A DNA stretch of 64,000 bases from Elusimicrobiota bacterium (GTDB lineage Bacteria > Elusimicrobiota > Elusimicrobia > UBA1565 > UBA9628). Made by a program: the position numbers and the translations under genes. How positions within the stretch are numbered: position 1 is the first letter of the stretch; each line of letters opens with the position of its first letter. Shown here in pieces: positions 38,605 through 47,990 of this stretch. The stretch covers positions 166 to 64,165 of the forward strand of contig JACQAZ010000010.1 of NCBI GenBank assembly GCA_016194705.1. The letters are read 5' to 3'. Below the pieces are notes generated by a model that saw only the letters and a list, made by a program, of their open reading frames with translations, ran no database searches and was not told where the DNA came from.

Positions 38605-39228
38605 TCAGCGTTTGGCTCTGCCCTCGCGGATGTGCGCCATCAAGTACCGCCCCAGCGACTCGGTCCCGCCGAGCAGGTCCTTGACGTTTTTGGAGAAGTA
38701 GTTGTACGCGATCACACAGGGGATGGCCACAAATAATCCGACCGCCGTGGCGACTAGCGCCTCGGAGAGGCCCTGCATGACGACCTCGGGGCCGCCGGTG
38801 GTCTGGGCCAGATCATGGAAGGCGCGGATAACGCCCAAGACCGTGCCGAAGAGGCCGATGAAGGGCGCGTTGCTTCCGAGGGTTCCCAGGACGAGCAGCC
38901 ATTTCTCGAGCCCCTCCTTCTCGGCCAGGCTCGCCGCGATCAAGAGGTCCTCGACGCCCTCGGGGCCGTGGTGAGAGCGCGCGAGCGCCGTCTTGAGTAT
39001 CCGCCCCGCCGCTCCCGGATGCCGCTGCACGGTTTTTTCGAGCGACGGGAGATCCTCGCCGAGCCCCGCCATCACGGCTTGGCGCAGGGCGCGAAAGCCC
39101 TGGTCCTCGCGCCTCAGCGCGAAGAAGCGCTCGAATATGATCGCGACCGCCGCCAATGAGCACAACAGCAGGGCGTAGATCACCCAGTCGCCGCCCGTCA
39201 GGGCCAAGGCCCTCAGAACCGAAACCAT
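38605..39228 (-). CDS. exbB: MotA/TolQ/ExbB proton channel
   Basis: LGTLGSNAPFIGLFGTVLGVI.AF, GLSEALVATAVGLFVAIP. Confidence 0.93.
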   Translation of the reverse strand: MVSVLRALALTGGDWVIYALLLCSLAAVAIIFERFFALRREDQGFRALRQAVMAGLGEDLPSLEKTVQRHPGAAGRILKTALARSHHGPEGVEDLLIAASLAEKEGLEKWLLVLGTLGSNAPFIGLFGTVLGVIRAFHDLAQTTGGPEVVMQGLSEALVATAVGLFVAIPCVIAYNYFSKNVKDLLGGTESLGRYLMAHIREGRAKR

Positions 39229-40874
39229 TAGTCCTCCTTGAACTTCTGCAGACGCAGCAGCGACGAGACCAGTTCGGCCTTGACCGACGGATTGGCCTCG
39301 TTCTGCAGCTCAATCATGAGCTTGCGGTAAAGATCGCCGGCGTCCGATGGCCCGCCGAGTTCGCCCAGGTAGTGGGATGCCATCGCCCGCACGAACCAGT
39401 CCTTATGCTGATAGAGCCGCAGCAGGATTTCGCGCCCAAAAATATTCCCCATACGCCAGAGCCCAGCCGCGGCGTAGACCTGCATGGCCAGCGAGGAGTC
39501 GGCGCGCGCCGCCCCGTCGACGATGAACTGGTTCCCCGTTTCCCCCTGCACGAGCAGCGATTCGAGAGCCCCGAAGCGCACCGTGATGTTGGCGTTGTTG
39601 AGCATGCCCTGGAAGAGAGGCGTGTAGCGCAGCTCTTTGGTGTAGGCCAAGGCGACCATCGCCGCCGCCTGAATCTGCACGTTGCTGCCCAGGCGGGCCG
39701 CGTCCTCGAGAGCCTGGTCGATGCCGTAGTCCTTCGAGCCGGCCAAGCCGTCGGTGAGCAGGAAGCCCAGCTGGGTGTAGCGCGTCTTGAGGTTGTAGCC
39801 GTCGAGCGTGCTGATCTTGTTAAGATTGCCGACAGAGGCGTCGAGCTGCGCTTGCGGGTCGGGCCTGGCGTCCTGACGATCGCGCAGCAGGCGCAGCAAG
39901 GTCGACCCGATCGAAGGGTCGAGGATGGCGTCGGCGGCGAGCTTGACGCGCGGAGCCGAGATGACCAGAGCCTCGAGTTGGAAGACCGGCTCCGAGTCGG
40001 GGATCGCCGACTTCGAGGCCGGGGCCGGCTCCTCCTTGACCGGTGCCCGAGCCGCCTTGTTGGCCGCCCGCACCGCGGCCGCTTTTTGCGGGAAGAGCTT
40101 TAACGCCGCGATGCAGTCCTCCGCGAGCGTAAAATCGTTCTGCTGCTCGCGGCCCAGGCGCGAGACCAACTCATCGTAGTCGGCCGCCGAGCCGTAGTCG
40201 CCCAGATACCGGGCGGCCATCGCGCGCACGAGCCAGGAGGCGTTGTCGAGGTAGCCGCGCAGCGCGGGCAGGCCGCGCGCGTCGCCGGCGCCAGCCAGCG
40301 CGCGGGCGGCGAACACGCGGAGGATCGGTTCGGGCTCGTTGCGCGAGTCCTGGCCCATCGCGAACCACTGGAGCGACTTGTCGGGATGCCCCCAAACGGT
40401 GAGGGCCTCGAGCGCTCCGAAGCGCACGGCCGGGTCGAGGTTGATGAGGGCCTCGCGAAAAACGTCGAAGTCGGCGAGGTCGTGGGCCCGGGCCAGCGCG
40501 ATGAGGGCGGACGCGCGGGTCTCCCCATCGCGCTCCCAGCGCGCCAGCTCGATGAGCTTCTTGCGAAAATCGGGATCGTCATTGCGGGACAAGGCCTCGG
40601 CCAATGGGACACCGATGCTCAGGTACCGGTTCCGCAGAGTGAAGCCGATCGGGGAGCCCAGGGCCAATATGTCGGCGGCGGGAGTTCCGGAGATCGCAAT
40701 CATGTCGACTTTCTCGTGGTCCTTGTTCTGGAGCAAGTCGACCAGGGCGTTGTTGATCGCGGCGTCGGTCTTGACGGGCCCCCCGGGCACGACCGGCCCC
40801 GAGGTCTCCTTGACGGTGATCTCGCCGCAGGCGCAGAACAGGGCCGCGGCCAGAATGAGGGCGCTCTTGCTCAT
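39228..40874 (-). CDS. HEAT-repeat lipoprotein made of two tandem homologous halves
   Basis: Start ATG 40874 (TGaTACTAT-N7); lipobox FCAC; VRFGALE and W.VRAMA..YLG each occur twice; stop overlaps the exbB start (TAATG). Confidence 0.85.
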   Translation of the reverse strand: MSKSALILAAALFCACGEITVKETSGPVVPGGPVKTDAAINNALVDLLQNKDHEKVDMIAISGTPAADILALGSPIGFTLRNRYLSIGVPLAEALSRNDDPDFRKKLIELARWERDGETRASALIALARAHDLADFDVFREALINLDPAVRFGALEALTVWGHPDKSLQWFAMGQDSRNEPEPILRVFAARALAGAGDARGLPALRGYLDNASWLVRAMAARYLGDYGSAADYDELVSRLGREQQNDFTLAEDCIAALKLFPQKAAAVRAANKAARAPVKEEPAPASKSAIPDSEPVFQLEALVISAPRVKLAADAILDPSIGSTLLRLLRDRQDARPDPQAQLDASVGNLNKISTLDGYNLKTRYTQLGFLLTDGLAGSKDYGIDQALEDAARLGSNVQIQAAAMVALAYTKELRYTPLFQGMLNNANITVRFGALESLLVQGETGNQFIVDGAARADSSLAMQVYAAAGLWRMGNIFGREILLRLYQHKDWFVRAMASHYLGELGGPSDAGDLYRKLMIELQNEANPSVKAELVSSLLRLQKFKED

Positions 40875-40904
40875 GCCGTGCATAGTATCAAATCGCGCTG
40901 CGCC

Positions 40905-42380
40905 TCATTCCCGCACGATCTCGACCGAAAAGACCTTTAACCGGGCTGCGGAGTCCTTCCAGCACTGCCGCGAAAGATGCGCCTTCTGCGAGCACAGTTC
41001 GCCCAGGAATGACTCCTTGTCCTTGAGCTGCTCCCAGACCTGCGGGAGGAAGACCCCGGAGCTTCCCCCTTCCTCGACGATGACCCCGTCGCCCTTGCGG
41101 ATCTCGGAGGCCGACTTGACCTCCTTGGACTGGGAGAGCCGCGAGACCTCGATGCGCAGGCCGGGAAGCTCGGCGGCCTGCACGGGCTTGAAGCGCGAGT
41201 CGCTGACAGCACTTGCCACCGCGTTGTGGGCCACGGACTCGACGAGGCTCTCCTGGGCCTGCAGCGAGCCGATGCAGCCGCGCAGCTCGCCAGAGGCCTT
41301 CTCGAGGGTCACGAAAACCGCGGCGGGCAGGTTCAGCCTGGGGTCCTTCGACAGCGCGACGGCGGGCATCTTGCCCGAGGCGAGGTAGCCTTCGATGCTG
41401 CGGCGCGCCAGGACCAAGAGCTCTTTTTTCTCGGAACCGTCGAGCGCGGCCGGGACCGCGGCGGAGACTCCCTTCAAAAAGACGACCGCGGCGTATCCTA
41501 CGACATGATGATAATCCCGCTCGGAGACGACGTCGCCCGAGTTGATGTGCGAGAGAACGCGCGCCTGCGTCGCGCCCAGCTCGCGCGCCGCGGTCATGAC
41601 GGCGGTCACGGCCCCCTCGCCGCAGTAGGTCACCGCAAGGCTCTCGAGGCCGCGGTTCATGAGCAGCCGGTTGGTCAGCCAGAAATAGGCGGGGTCCAAG
41701 GTCTTCAAGGCCTCGAGCGTCGTCCGATCGACGATGTCGGAGAGAGGCCCGCTGGGGTAGTGAGATTGATCGGAGGAGGCCACGAGAAGCACGCGCTTGC
41801 CCTTGATGGCGGAGGCCAGCGCGCGGCCGATGATGCGCGCGGACTCGAGGTCCTGCGTGTTCATGACCATGCCGACGATTTTGACGGATCCCAGACGGTA
41901 CCGCAGGAATGGGACCTGGACCTCGATCGAATGCTCCTTGTCGTGAGCCCGAGCGTCGAGCTTGATCAAGCTCGTGGTCTTGACCAATGCCCCGGCCAAG
42001 GCCGCGTCGTACTCCAGCGAGCCCTCTGGGGTCGCGTAAGCCCCAGGGTAAATCGCCGCGCCCTCGAGCTCCTTGTAATGCCCGGTTCCGAGCACGACCA
42101 CGGTATCCCAGTGCCCGGGAGCGAGCAGCTTGTAGGCGCGCGCCGCGGTCGCGCCCGAGTACTCAAGCCCGGCGTGAGGGACGAGCACGGCGACGATCTC
42201 GCCCGGGACTTTCTCGTTTGGCGCGGCTTTCAAAAGGCTCTCTACGAGCGCCTCGAGAGCCTTGGCGGACAGGGGATAGAAGCGGCCGGCCACCGACGGC
42301 AGTCTAACCGCCGCGGCCGCCGCCGCGGCGGTCAAAAAAGACAGGAAAATCCAGCCCGATCTCTTTAATAATCCGTTCAC
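40905..42380 (-). CDS. AmmeMemoRadiSam protein B (MEMO1-like) fused to protein A (AMMECR1-like)
   Basis: VAGRFYP, PHAG..YSG, EHSIEVQVPF, SSDQSHY, CG; then FVTL, LRGCIG, VFLPQV. Confidence 0.92.
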   Translation of the reverse strand: MNGLLKRSGWIFLSFLTAAAAAAAVRLPSVAGRFYPLSAKALEALVESLLKAAPNEKVPGEIVAVLVPHAGLEYSGATAARAYKLLAPGHWDTVVVLGTGHYKELEGAAIYPGAYATPEGSLEYDAALAGALVKTTSLIKLDARAHDKEHSIEVQVPFLRYRLGSVKIVGMVMNTQDLESARIIGRALASAIKGKRVLLVASSDQSHYPSGPLSDIVDRTTLEALKTLDPAYFWLTNRLLMNRGLESLAVTYCGEGAVTAVMTAARELGATQARVLSHINSGDVVSERDYHHVVGYAAVVFLKGVSAAVPAALDGSEKKELLVLARRSIEGYLASGKMPAVALSKDPRLNLPAAVFVTLEKASGELRGCIGSLQAQESLVESVAHNAVASAVSDSRFKPVQAAELPGLRIEVSRLSQSKEVKSASEIRKGDGVIVEEGGSSGVFLPQVWEQLKDKESFLGELCSQKAHLSRQCWKDSAARLKVFSVEIVRE

Positions 42381-42484
42381 AGGTTCGAAATCAATTCCGA
42401 ACAGGTTTCCGCTAAACTAACCCCAGAGGCGCACAACAGTACGGCATCTAAGTTCGACAACTGAAGACAACGACCACCAGGAGC

Positions 42485-42524
42485 CCGCCCCTGCATGACT
42501 CTCCGCATGCAGGGGCGGTTTTTT
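42485..42524 (+). terminator. Intrinsic terminator with plus-strand U-tail
   Basis: CCGCCCCTGCATG-ACTCTCCG-CATGCAGGGGCGG-TTTTTT. Confidence 0.75.
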
Positions 42525-43077
42525 ACTCCGGTTTTCCCACCTTCTCGAAATTGCGCATGATCGTCTCGAGCCAGCGCTGATCCATCTCGTCGAAAGCCGA
42601 CTTGGCTTCGCTGTCGGCGTCGAAGACCGCCCAGACCTTGCCGTCCTTGTCGTAGACCGGGACCGCGATCTCGCTTTGGTTCTTGGGGTCGCACTCGATG
42701 TGCTGGTCTCCCAACGCCTTCACGTCCGGCACGATGATCGTCTTGCCTTCCTTGAGCGCCTTGCCGCAGACTCCGCTCAGCGGCAGCGGCGAGCAGGCCG
42801 GCTTCTCGCGATGGGCTCCGAGGATGAGCTCCTGGCCGCCGGGCGGGAGAACATAGAAGCCGCACCAAGAGTACGGGCTTTGCGCGAAGGTGTCCCACAA
42901 TTCGTCGACGATCTCGCGCATCATGCGCTCGCTTTTGAGCTCGCGGCGGCGCCATCTCTTCTCGAGATTGGCGTGCGCCTTGTCGTAGCGCGCCCGCGAG
43001 GGACGCGACCTCATCGCGTTGGCGTCCTTGATCTCCTGCATCTCGTTGGTCAGCTCACGTTCCTTTTCATTGGCCAT
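42523..43077 (-). CDS. GAF-domain protein, free methionine-R-sulfoxide reductase (MsrC)-like
   Basis: WCGFY, AC, GVCG, VPDV, HIECD, SEIAVPV, FD.DS, FDEMD. Confidence 0.85.
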   Translation of the reverse strand: MANEKERELTNEMQEIKDANAMRSRPSRARYDKAHANLEKRWRRRELKSERMMREIVDELWDTFAQSPYSWCGFYVLPPGGQELILGAHREKPACSPLPLSGVCGKALKEGKTIIVPDVKALGDQHIECDPKNQSEIAVPVYDKDGKVWAVFDADSEAKSAFDEMDQRWLETIMRNFEKVGKPE

Positions 43078-44110
43078 GTGTTCTCTCCAATACCACGAGC
43101 TGCCCGCAGGCGCCCTGGATGTCCCGGCCGAGGTTCTGGCGCACGGTCGCGTGGACGCCCGCGTCCAGGAGGACTTTCTGGAAGCTCCTGGCGTTCTCCT
43201 CGGACGAGGCCCGGTGCGGCGTGTCGGTCTCGTTGAAAATGATCAGATTGACGTGGATGAGCTCGCGCGGCCCCAGGCCCTTGGCGTAGGCGACGAGCCG
43301 GGCTGCGTCCTCCGGACGATCGTTCTCCTCCCGGAGCAGCACGTATTCCAAGAAGACCTTGCGCGGGGTCTCGCAGAGGTAGTTCTTGATCGCTTTGGCC
43401 AGCGCCGCCAGGGGATAAGCCTTGTTGACGGGCACAAGCCGCGTGCGCAGGGCGTCGTCGGCCGCGTGAAGGGAGAGGGCGAGGTTGACCTGCGGAAAAT
43501 CCCGGCCGAAGCGCTCTATCTGCGGGGCGATGCCCGACGTCGAGACCGAGATGTGCCGCGCGCCGATGCCGAATTGCTTCTGGTCCATGAGCGCCCGCAG
43601 GCTCTGGGCGAGCGTGTCGTAGACCGCGAAGGGCTCGCCCATGCCCATGTAGACGACGTTGTCGAGGCGCCCCTCCAGGGACTCGCGCTTCATGTACTGC
43701 CGCCAAAACAGGACCTGATCGGTGACTTCCTCGACGCTCAGGTTGCGCTGCAGGCCCATGAGGCCGGTCGCGCAGAAGGTGCAGCCCACCGCGCAGCCGA
43801 CCTGACAGGAGATGCAGGTCGTCCAGCGCACGGGGCTGGGGCGCAGCAGGACCGTCTCGACGATCTTGCCGTCGCCGAGCTCCAAGAGGGCCTTATGGGC
43901 GCGGCCGTCGGAGGAGACCTCGACGCGGCGCTCTTTGAGGCTCAGGATCGGGGCTTGGCTCTTGAGGCCGTCCCGCAGTTCGCGGGGAAGGACCGCGACG
44001 TCGTCGTAAGACGCGGCGGCCTCGGAGAAGACCGCGCGGCGCACCTGATCGAGGCGGTAGCGCGGCGCATTGAGCGCCGACAACGCGGCCTCGACTTTGT
44101 CCAGGTCCAC
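43067..44110 (-). CDS. rlmN: 23S rRNA (A2503-C2) methyltransferase RlmN
   Basis: CISCQVGCAVGCTFCATG, MGMGEP, STSG, SLHA, DIQGACGQL. Confidence 0.95.
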   Translation of the reverse strand: MDLDKVEAALSALNAPRYRLDQVRRAVFSEAAASYDDVAVLPRELRDGLKSQAPILSLKERRVEVSSDGRAHKALLELGDGKIVETVLLRPSPVRWTTCISCQVGCAVGCTFCATGLMGLQRNLSVEEVTDQVLFWRQYMKRESLEGRLDNVVYMGMGEPFAVYDTLAQSLRALMDQKQFGIGARHISVSTSGIAPQIERFGRDFPQVNLALSLHAADDALRTRLVPVNKAYPLAALAKAIKNYLCETPRKVFLEYVLLREENDRPEDAARLVAYAKGLGPRELIHVNLIIFNETDTPHRASSEENARSFQKVLLDAGVHATVRQNLGRDIQGACGQLVVLERTHGQ

Positions 44111-44743
44111 CTAGTATGTCACCTCGATGACCTCGTGCGATTCCAGGAGCTTCTTGAGGACCGCATGCTGCTCCTTGCGCGCGGCCGAGGTCAGCCATTC
44201 GCTGTAGTAGAGGTTGTTCTTCTTCATCGTCTTGTGACGGATGATGTGCACGCGGGCGTCGCGGAAGATGGCGGTCACCTGGGCGAGACTCTTGTCGTCG
44301 AACTTGGAGGTGATGCGGAAGGTGTGGCGCTGCTGCCAGTCGTCGATGAGGATGTCGAGCGGCGTGAAGGCCAACTGGACGACGAGCACGACGATGGTCA
44401 CCAAGGCCGCGAGGTTGAAGTGCCCGTAGCCGACCGCCATCCCGATGGCGGCGACGATCCAGATCGTTGCCGCGGTGGTCAAGCCCGTGATGCGCTCGCC
44501 GTCGCGCATGATGGCACCGGCGCCGAGGAAGCCGATGCCGGAGACGAGCTGCGCCGAGATGCGCGCCGGGTCGTTCGGGAAGGCCTGGGAGATCATCGTA
44601 AACAATGTGGCTCCCAGGCAGATCACGATGTTCGTGCGAAGTCCCGCGGCCTTGTCGCTGAGCTCGCGCTCGAGTCCGATGACGGCGCCCAGGACCAAGG
44701 ATACGGCGATCGTCACGATATCACGATTGACGTGTTCGAGCAT
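44111..44743 (-). CDS. MgtC/SapB family protein
   Basis: IGLERE, AGLRT, DPARI, SGIGFLGAG, GLTTAATIW; GGAGG RBS before ATG 44743. Confidence 0.93.
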   Translation of the reverse strand: MLEHVNRDIVTIAVSLVLGAVIGLERELSDKAAGLRTNIVICLGATLFTMISQAFPNDPARISAQLVSGIGFLGAGAIMRDGERITGLTTAATIWIVAAIGMAVGYGHFNLAALVTIVVLVVQLAFTPLDILIDDWQQRHTFRITSKFDDKSLAQVTAIFRDARVHIIRHKTMKKNNLYYSEWLTSAARKEQHAVLKKLLESHEVIEVTY

Positions 44744-44756
44744 CACACAACCTCCT

Positions 44757-46193
44757 TCACGACTGTCTCGCCGAGGCCTGCGCGGAGCCTCGGGCAAGAA
44801 TCCTTCTATAGGCCTGCGCGGCCGCCTCGCGCCCGGAACGGATGCAGTCGGGCAGTCCAACGCCTTCGTAAGAGCAGCCCGAGAGATACAGCCCGGGATG
44901 ACCCTGCAGGCAGGACGCGATGCGCTTGAGGCGCAAGGCGTGGCCGACATTGTACTGGGGGTTGGCCTTCTCCCAGCGCTGGGACCGGCTGAATTTGGGA
45001 TGAGTCTCGCCGAGCCGGAGAATCTCGGCGAGCTCCTTGCGCGCGGTGCGAGAGAGGCCCGCCTCGTCGGCCGCGACGGTCTCCTCGCGCCCGGCGCCTC
45101 CCATGAAGCAGCGCACCATGACCTGGCCCTGCGCCACGCGCTCCGGGAATTTCGTCGAGGTGTAGGTCGCGGCGGTGACCGCTCGGCCCTCCGCGCGCGG
45201 CACGATGAAGCCGAAGCCGTCCAAAGGGTCGGGGAAGCCGGCCCTCTCATAGACCAAGGAGACCGTCGCCGTAGTGACGAAGGGGATCTCGTTCAGCACG
45301 CAGGAGAGTTCGAAATCGAGGTCGGAGGCGACGGCGGCCAGCGCGTTGGCGGGCAAAGCGGAGATGACCGCGTCGGCCGAAAAAACCGCGTCCTTGGTCG
45401 CGACCTGCCACTCGGAGCCGCGGCGCTTGAGGCTCAGCACGTTGGCTCCGGTGCGCACCGTGCCCCCCGGCAGCTGATGCGCGAGCGCCTCGACGAGGCG
45501 CGAGAGTCCGCCCCTGAGCGTCATGAACATCGTGAGTTCCGAGGAAGGCTTCGGACGCTGTGCGGCGGCCCTCATGCCCTTGAATATGCCGCCGGAGAGC
45601 TCGAGTTCCTTGAGCTGAGGGAAGGTGCTCTGTAGGCTCATTTGCTCGGGGTCGCCCGCGTAGATCCCGGCGAGCATGGGGGCCGCGATCTTCTCGAGCG
45701 CCTCGCGCCCAAGCCGGCGGCGCACGAAGGAGCCCAACGACTCGTCGAGCTCTTCTCTGGCGGCCGGGATGAACGGCTCGAGCGCGAGGCGGAGCTTTGC
45801 CTTCCAGGAGAGCAGCCTCGTCGTCAGGAAGGGCAGCACGCGCGACGGAAGCAAGGTCATCCCTTCCGGCAAGGGCTCGAGTTTGCCGTGAGAGAGGACA
45901 TAGATCGTTTTTTGGCTCTCGTTGGTCTTCACGAGCTCCCCCGAAAGCCCAAGTTCGCGCACCAGGGCGAGCGCGTCGGGCTTGGCGGTGATAAAGGAGT
46001 CGGGCCCGAGCTCGAAGACGACTCCATCCTTGGTCTCGGTCATGACCTTGCCGCCGACGCGGTTTGACGCTTCGAGGACGACGATCTCGAGCTTGCGCCG
46101 GTCCCGAGCGGCGCGTTTATGGAGCTCGTAGGCGGCGGCAAGGCCGGTGATGCCGGCCCCCAAGATGACGACGCGCGGCGATGACGAGCTCAA
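44757..46193 (-). CDS. hemG: Protoporphyrinogen/coproporphyrinogen oxidase (HemY-type)
   Basis: ILGAGITGLAAA, RVGGK, ELGPDSF, GIYAGD, PQYNVGH, GVGLPDC; TTG start overlapping the hemE stop. Confidence 0.93.
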   Translation of the reverse strand: MSSSSPRVVILGAGITGLAAAYELHKRAARDRRKLEIVVLEASNRVGGKVMTETKDGVVFELGPDSFITAKPDALALVRELGLSGELVKTNESQKTIYVLSHGKLEPLPEGMTLLPSRVLPFLTTRLLSWKAKLRLALEPFIPAAREELDESLGSFVRRRLGREALEKIAAPMLAGIYAGDPEQMSLQSTFPQLKELELSGGIFKGMRAAAQRPKPSSELTMFMTLRGGLSRLVEALAHQLPGGTVRTGANVLSLKRRGSEWQVATKDAVFSADAVISALPANALAAVASDLDFELSCVLNEIPFVTTATVSLVYERAGFPDPLDGFGFIVPRAEGRAVTAATYTSTKFPERVAQGQVMVRCFMGGAGREETVAADEAGLSRTARKELAEILRLGETHPKFSRSQRWEKANPQYNVGHALRLKRIASCLQGHPGLYLSGCSYEGVGLPDCIRSGREAAAQAYRRILARGSAQASARQS

Positions 46194-47221
46194 TTGAGGC
46201 TCCACGCGTGTACCCAGTCGACGACGGCCTTCACGTTTTCGACCGGGGTCTGCGGCAGGATGCCGTGGCCCAGGTTGAAGATGAAGCCCTTGCGGCCGCA
46301 CGCGCGCGCCAGTATGTCCCTCACGGCCGACTTGAGCACGGGCTTGGCCGCGAAGAGCACCGTCGGATCGAGGTTGCCTTGGATGGCGCGCGCGCCGATC
46401 TTTCCCCAAGCCGCGTCGAGGTCAAGGCGCCAGTCGACGCCGATCACGTCGCCGCCGGCCGAGGCGAAGTCCTCGAGGAAGCCGGCGGTGCCGGTCCCGA
46501 AATGGATGACGGGAACGCCGGAGGATTTGAGGGCCGAGAGCACGAAACGCGAATGCGGCAGGACGCACTTGCGGTATTGTTCCGGCGAGAGGCAGCCGAC
46601 CCACGAGTCGAAGAGCTGCACGGCCTGCGCGCCGGCCTCGACCTGGGCCTTCAGGTAGGCCGCGGTGATCCGGCGCACCTTGCCCATCAACTGGTCCCAC
46701 GCTTTGGGCTGTTCGAGCATGAAGGCCTTGGTCTTTAGGAAGTGGTCCGAAGGTCCGCCCTCGATGAGGTAGCTCGCCAAAGTGAACGGCGCGCCGGCAA
46801 ACCCGATCAAGGGGATCGGCCCGAGTTCGCGCCGCGCCAAGGCGATCGCCCGGAGCACGAAGGAGAGCCCCTCGCGCGAGTCGAAGTCCTTGAGGCGCCG
46901 AACATCCGCGGCCGAGCGCACGGGGTTGTCGATGACGGGACCCGGCGCGAAGCGCAGCCGCGCGCCCATCGGCTCGATGGGCAGCAGGATGTCGGCGAAG
47001 ATGATGGCCGCATCTATCGGCATGGCGCGAATGGGCTGCAGAGTGACCTCGCAGGCCAACTCGGGCGTCTTTGCCAGCTGAAGGATCGAATACTTCTTGC
47101 GCAGGTCGCGGTATTCCTTCATATAGCGTCCGGCCTGGCGCATGAACCACACGGGGGTCCGGTCGACCTTCTGGCGAAAGCACGCGCGGACAAAGCGCGG
47201 GGCTCCCTGTAAGCTGGGCAT
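46190..47221 (-). CDS. hemE: Uroporphyrinogen decarboxylase
   Basis: PVWFMRQAGRY, DAAIIFADIL, IGFAGAPFTLASY, QGNLDP, NLGHG. Confidence 0.98.
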   Translation of the reverse strand: MPSLQGAPRFVRACFRQKVDRTPVWFMRQAGRYMKEYRDLRKKYSILQLAKTPELACEVTLQPIRAMPIDAAIIFADILLPIEPMGARLRFAPGPVIDNPVRSAADVRRLKDFDSREGLSFVLRAIALARRELGPIPLIGFAGAPFTLASYLIEGGPSDHFLKTKAFMLEQPKAWDQLMGKVRRITAAYLKAQVEAGAQAVQLFDSWVGCLSPEQYRKCVLPHSRFVLSALKSSGVPVIHFGTGTAGFLEDFASAGGDVIGVDWRLDLDAAWGKIGARAIQGNLDPTVLFAAKPVLKSAVRDILARACGRKGFIFNLGHGILPQTPVENVKAVVDWVHAWSLN

Positions 47222-47263
47222 ACGGCGTATGATACAAAATAGTGTCCGGGGAGGCTTGACGCC

Positions 47264-47926
47264 ATGAAAAAGGGCTTGATTTTCTTGGTCTTAGCCGTAG
47301 GCGCGGGGCTCTTCCTGCGGCATCAGTACCGCTCTTCGCGCGCGAGCCTTACGCTCGACACGCGCGCCTTCGTCAACGGCATTCCCACGATCAGGCCCGA
47401 TATGAAACTGGTCGTTGCCTCCCTCGAGTTGACTCAAAGCCTTTCCGCCGAGAGCCCCAAGGTCGCCTGGGGCGTCGATTGGGGCACGACCAAGGCTGTG
47501 GTCTCGGCGCCGGCGCGCGTGCATTACGCGATCGATCTTTCCGGCGTCCGGCCAGTCGAGTTCCGACTCGACTCTCGCAACAGGCTGATCACGGCCGTGT
47601 TTCCCGATCCCGAAGTGCAGGCCGTGGAGGTCTTCTTTGAGTCCAAGCAAGCCGTCGTCGAGGCCGGTTGGGGCCGGTTCAAAGCGTTCTCAGGCCGCTC
47701 GTTGGTGGACGACCTCGATCGACGCCTCTACGCGGGCGCGCGCGCCGAAGCCGCAGCCGAGCCTGCGCTGCGTCAGGTCAGAGATCAAGCCAGGCCTGGA
47801 CTGGAAAAATTGGTGTCGGCCTATCTCCTCGGGTCGGGAGAAAGAAATCTACGCGTCGCGGCGCATTTCCGGTCGGAGCTTCCCGGCCCGGCGCAGTTCC
47901 CGTTCCAGACGGCCAGCCGAAATTGA
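47264..47926 (+). CDS. Membrane-anchored hypothetical protein (DUF4230-like)
   Basis: N-terminal anchor; A.V.YAIDLS and PDPEV pattern; GGAGG RBS. Confidence 0.65.
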   Translation: MKKGLIFLVLAVGAGLFLRHQYRSSRASLTLDTRAFVNGIPTIRPDMKLVVASLELTQSLSAESPKVAWGVDWGTTKAVVSAPARVHYAIDLSGVRPVEFRLDSRNRLITAVFPDPEVQAVEVFFESKQAVVEAGWGRFKAFSGRSLVDDLDRRLYAGARAEAAAEPALRQVRDQARPGLEKLVSAYLLGSGERNLRVAAHFRSELPGPAQFPFQTASRN

Positions 47927-47990
47927 GTTTTCCACCGACTGGGCCCGGACCCAGTTTGTGCACAAGTCCGGTCCGAAGTATAATCCTGGG

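Noticed and set aside
42456..42498. tmRNA-like tag frame (ACAACT-GAA GAC AAC...GCA TGA, giving EDNDHQEPAPA*)
   Set aside because: No tRNA-like acceptor or T-arm, no CCA and no pseudoknots nearby, and the tag lacks the hydrophobic ALAA-type end; probably coincidence.
43067..44110. Radical SAM as the AmrS partner of the AmmeMemo fusion, or Cfr
   Set aside because: The motifs (MGMGEP, GACGQL) place it in the RlmN/Cfr family, not AmrS; nothing suggests a resistance or mobile context, so housekeeping RlmN is the simplest call.
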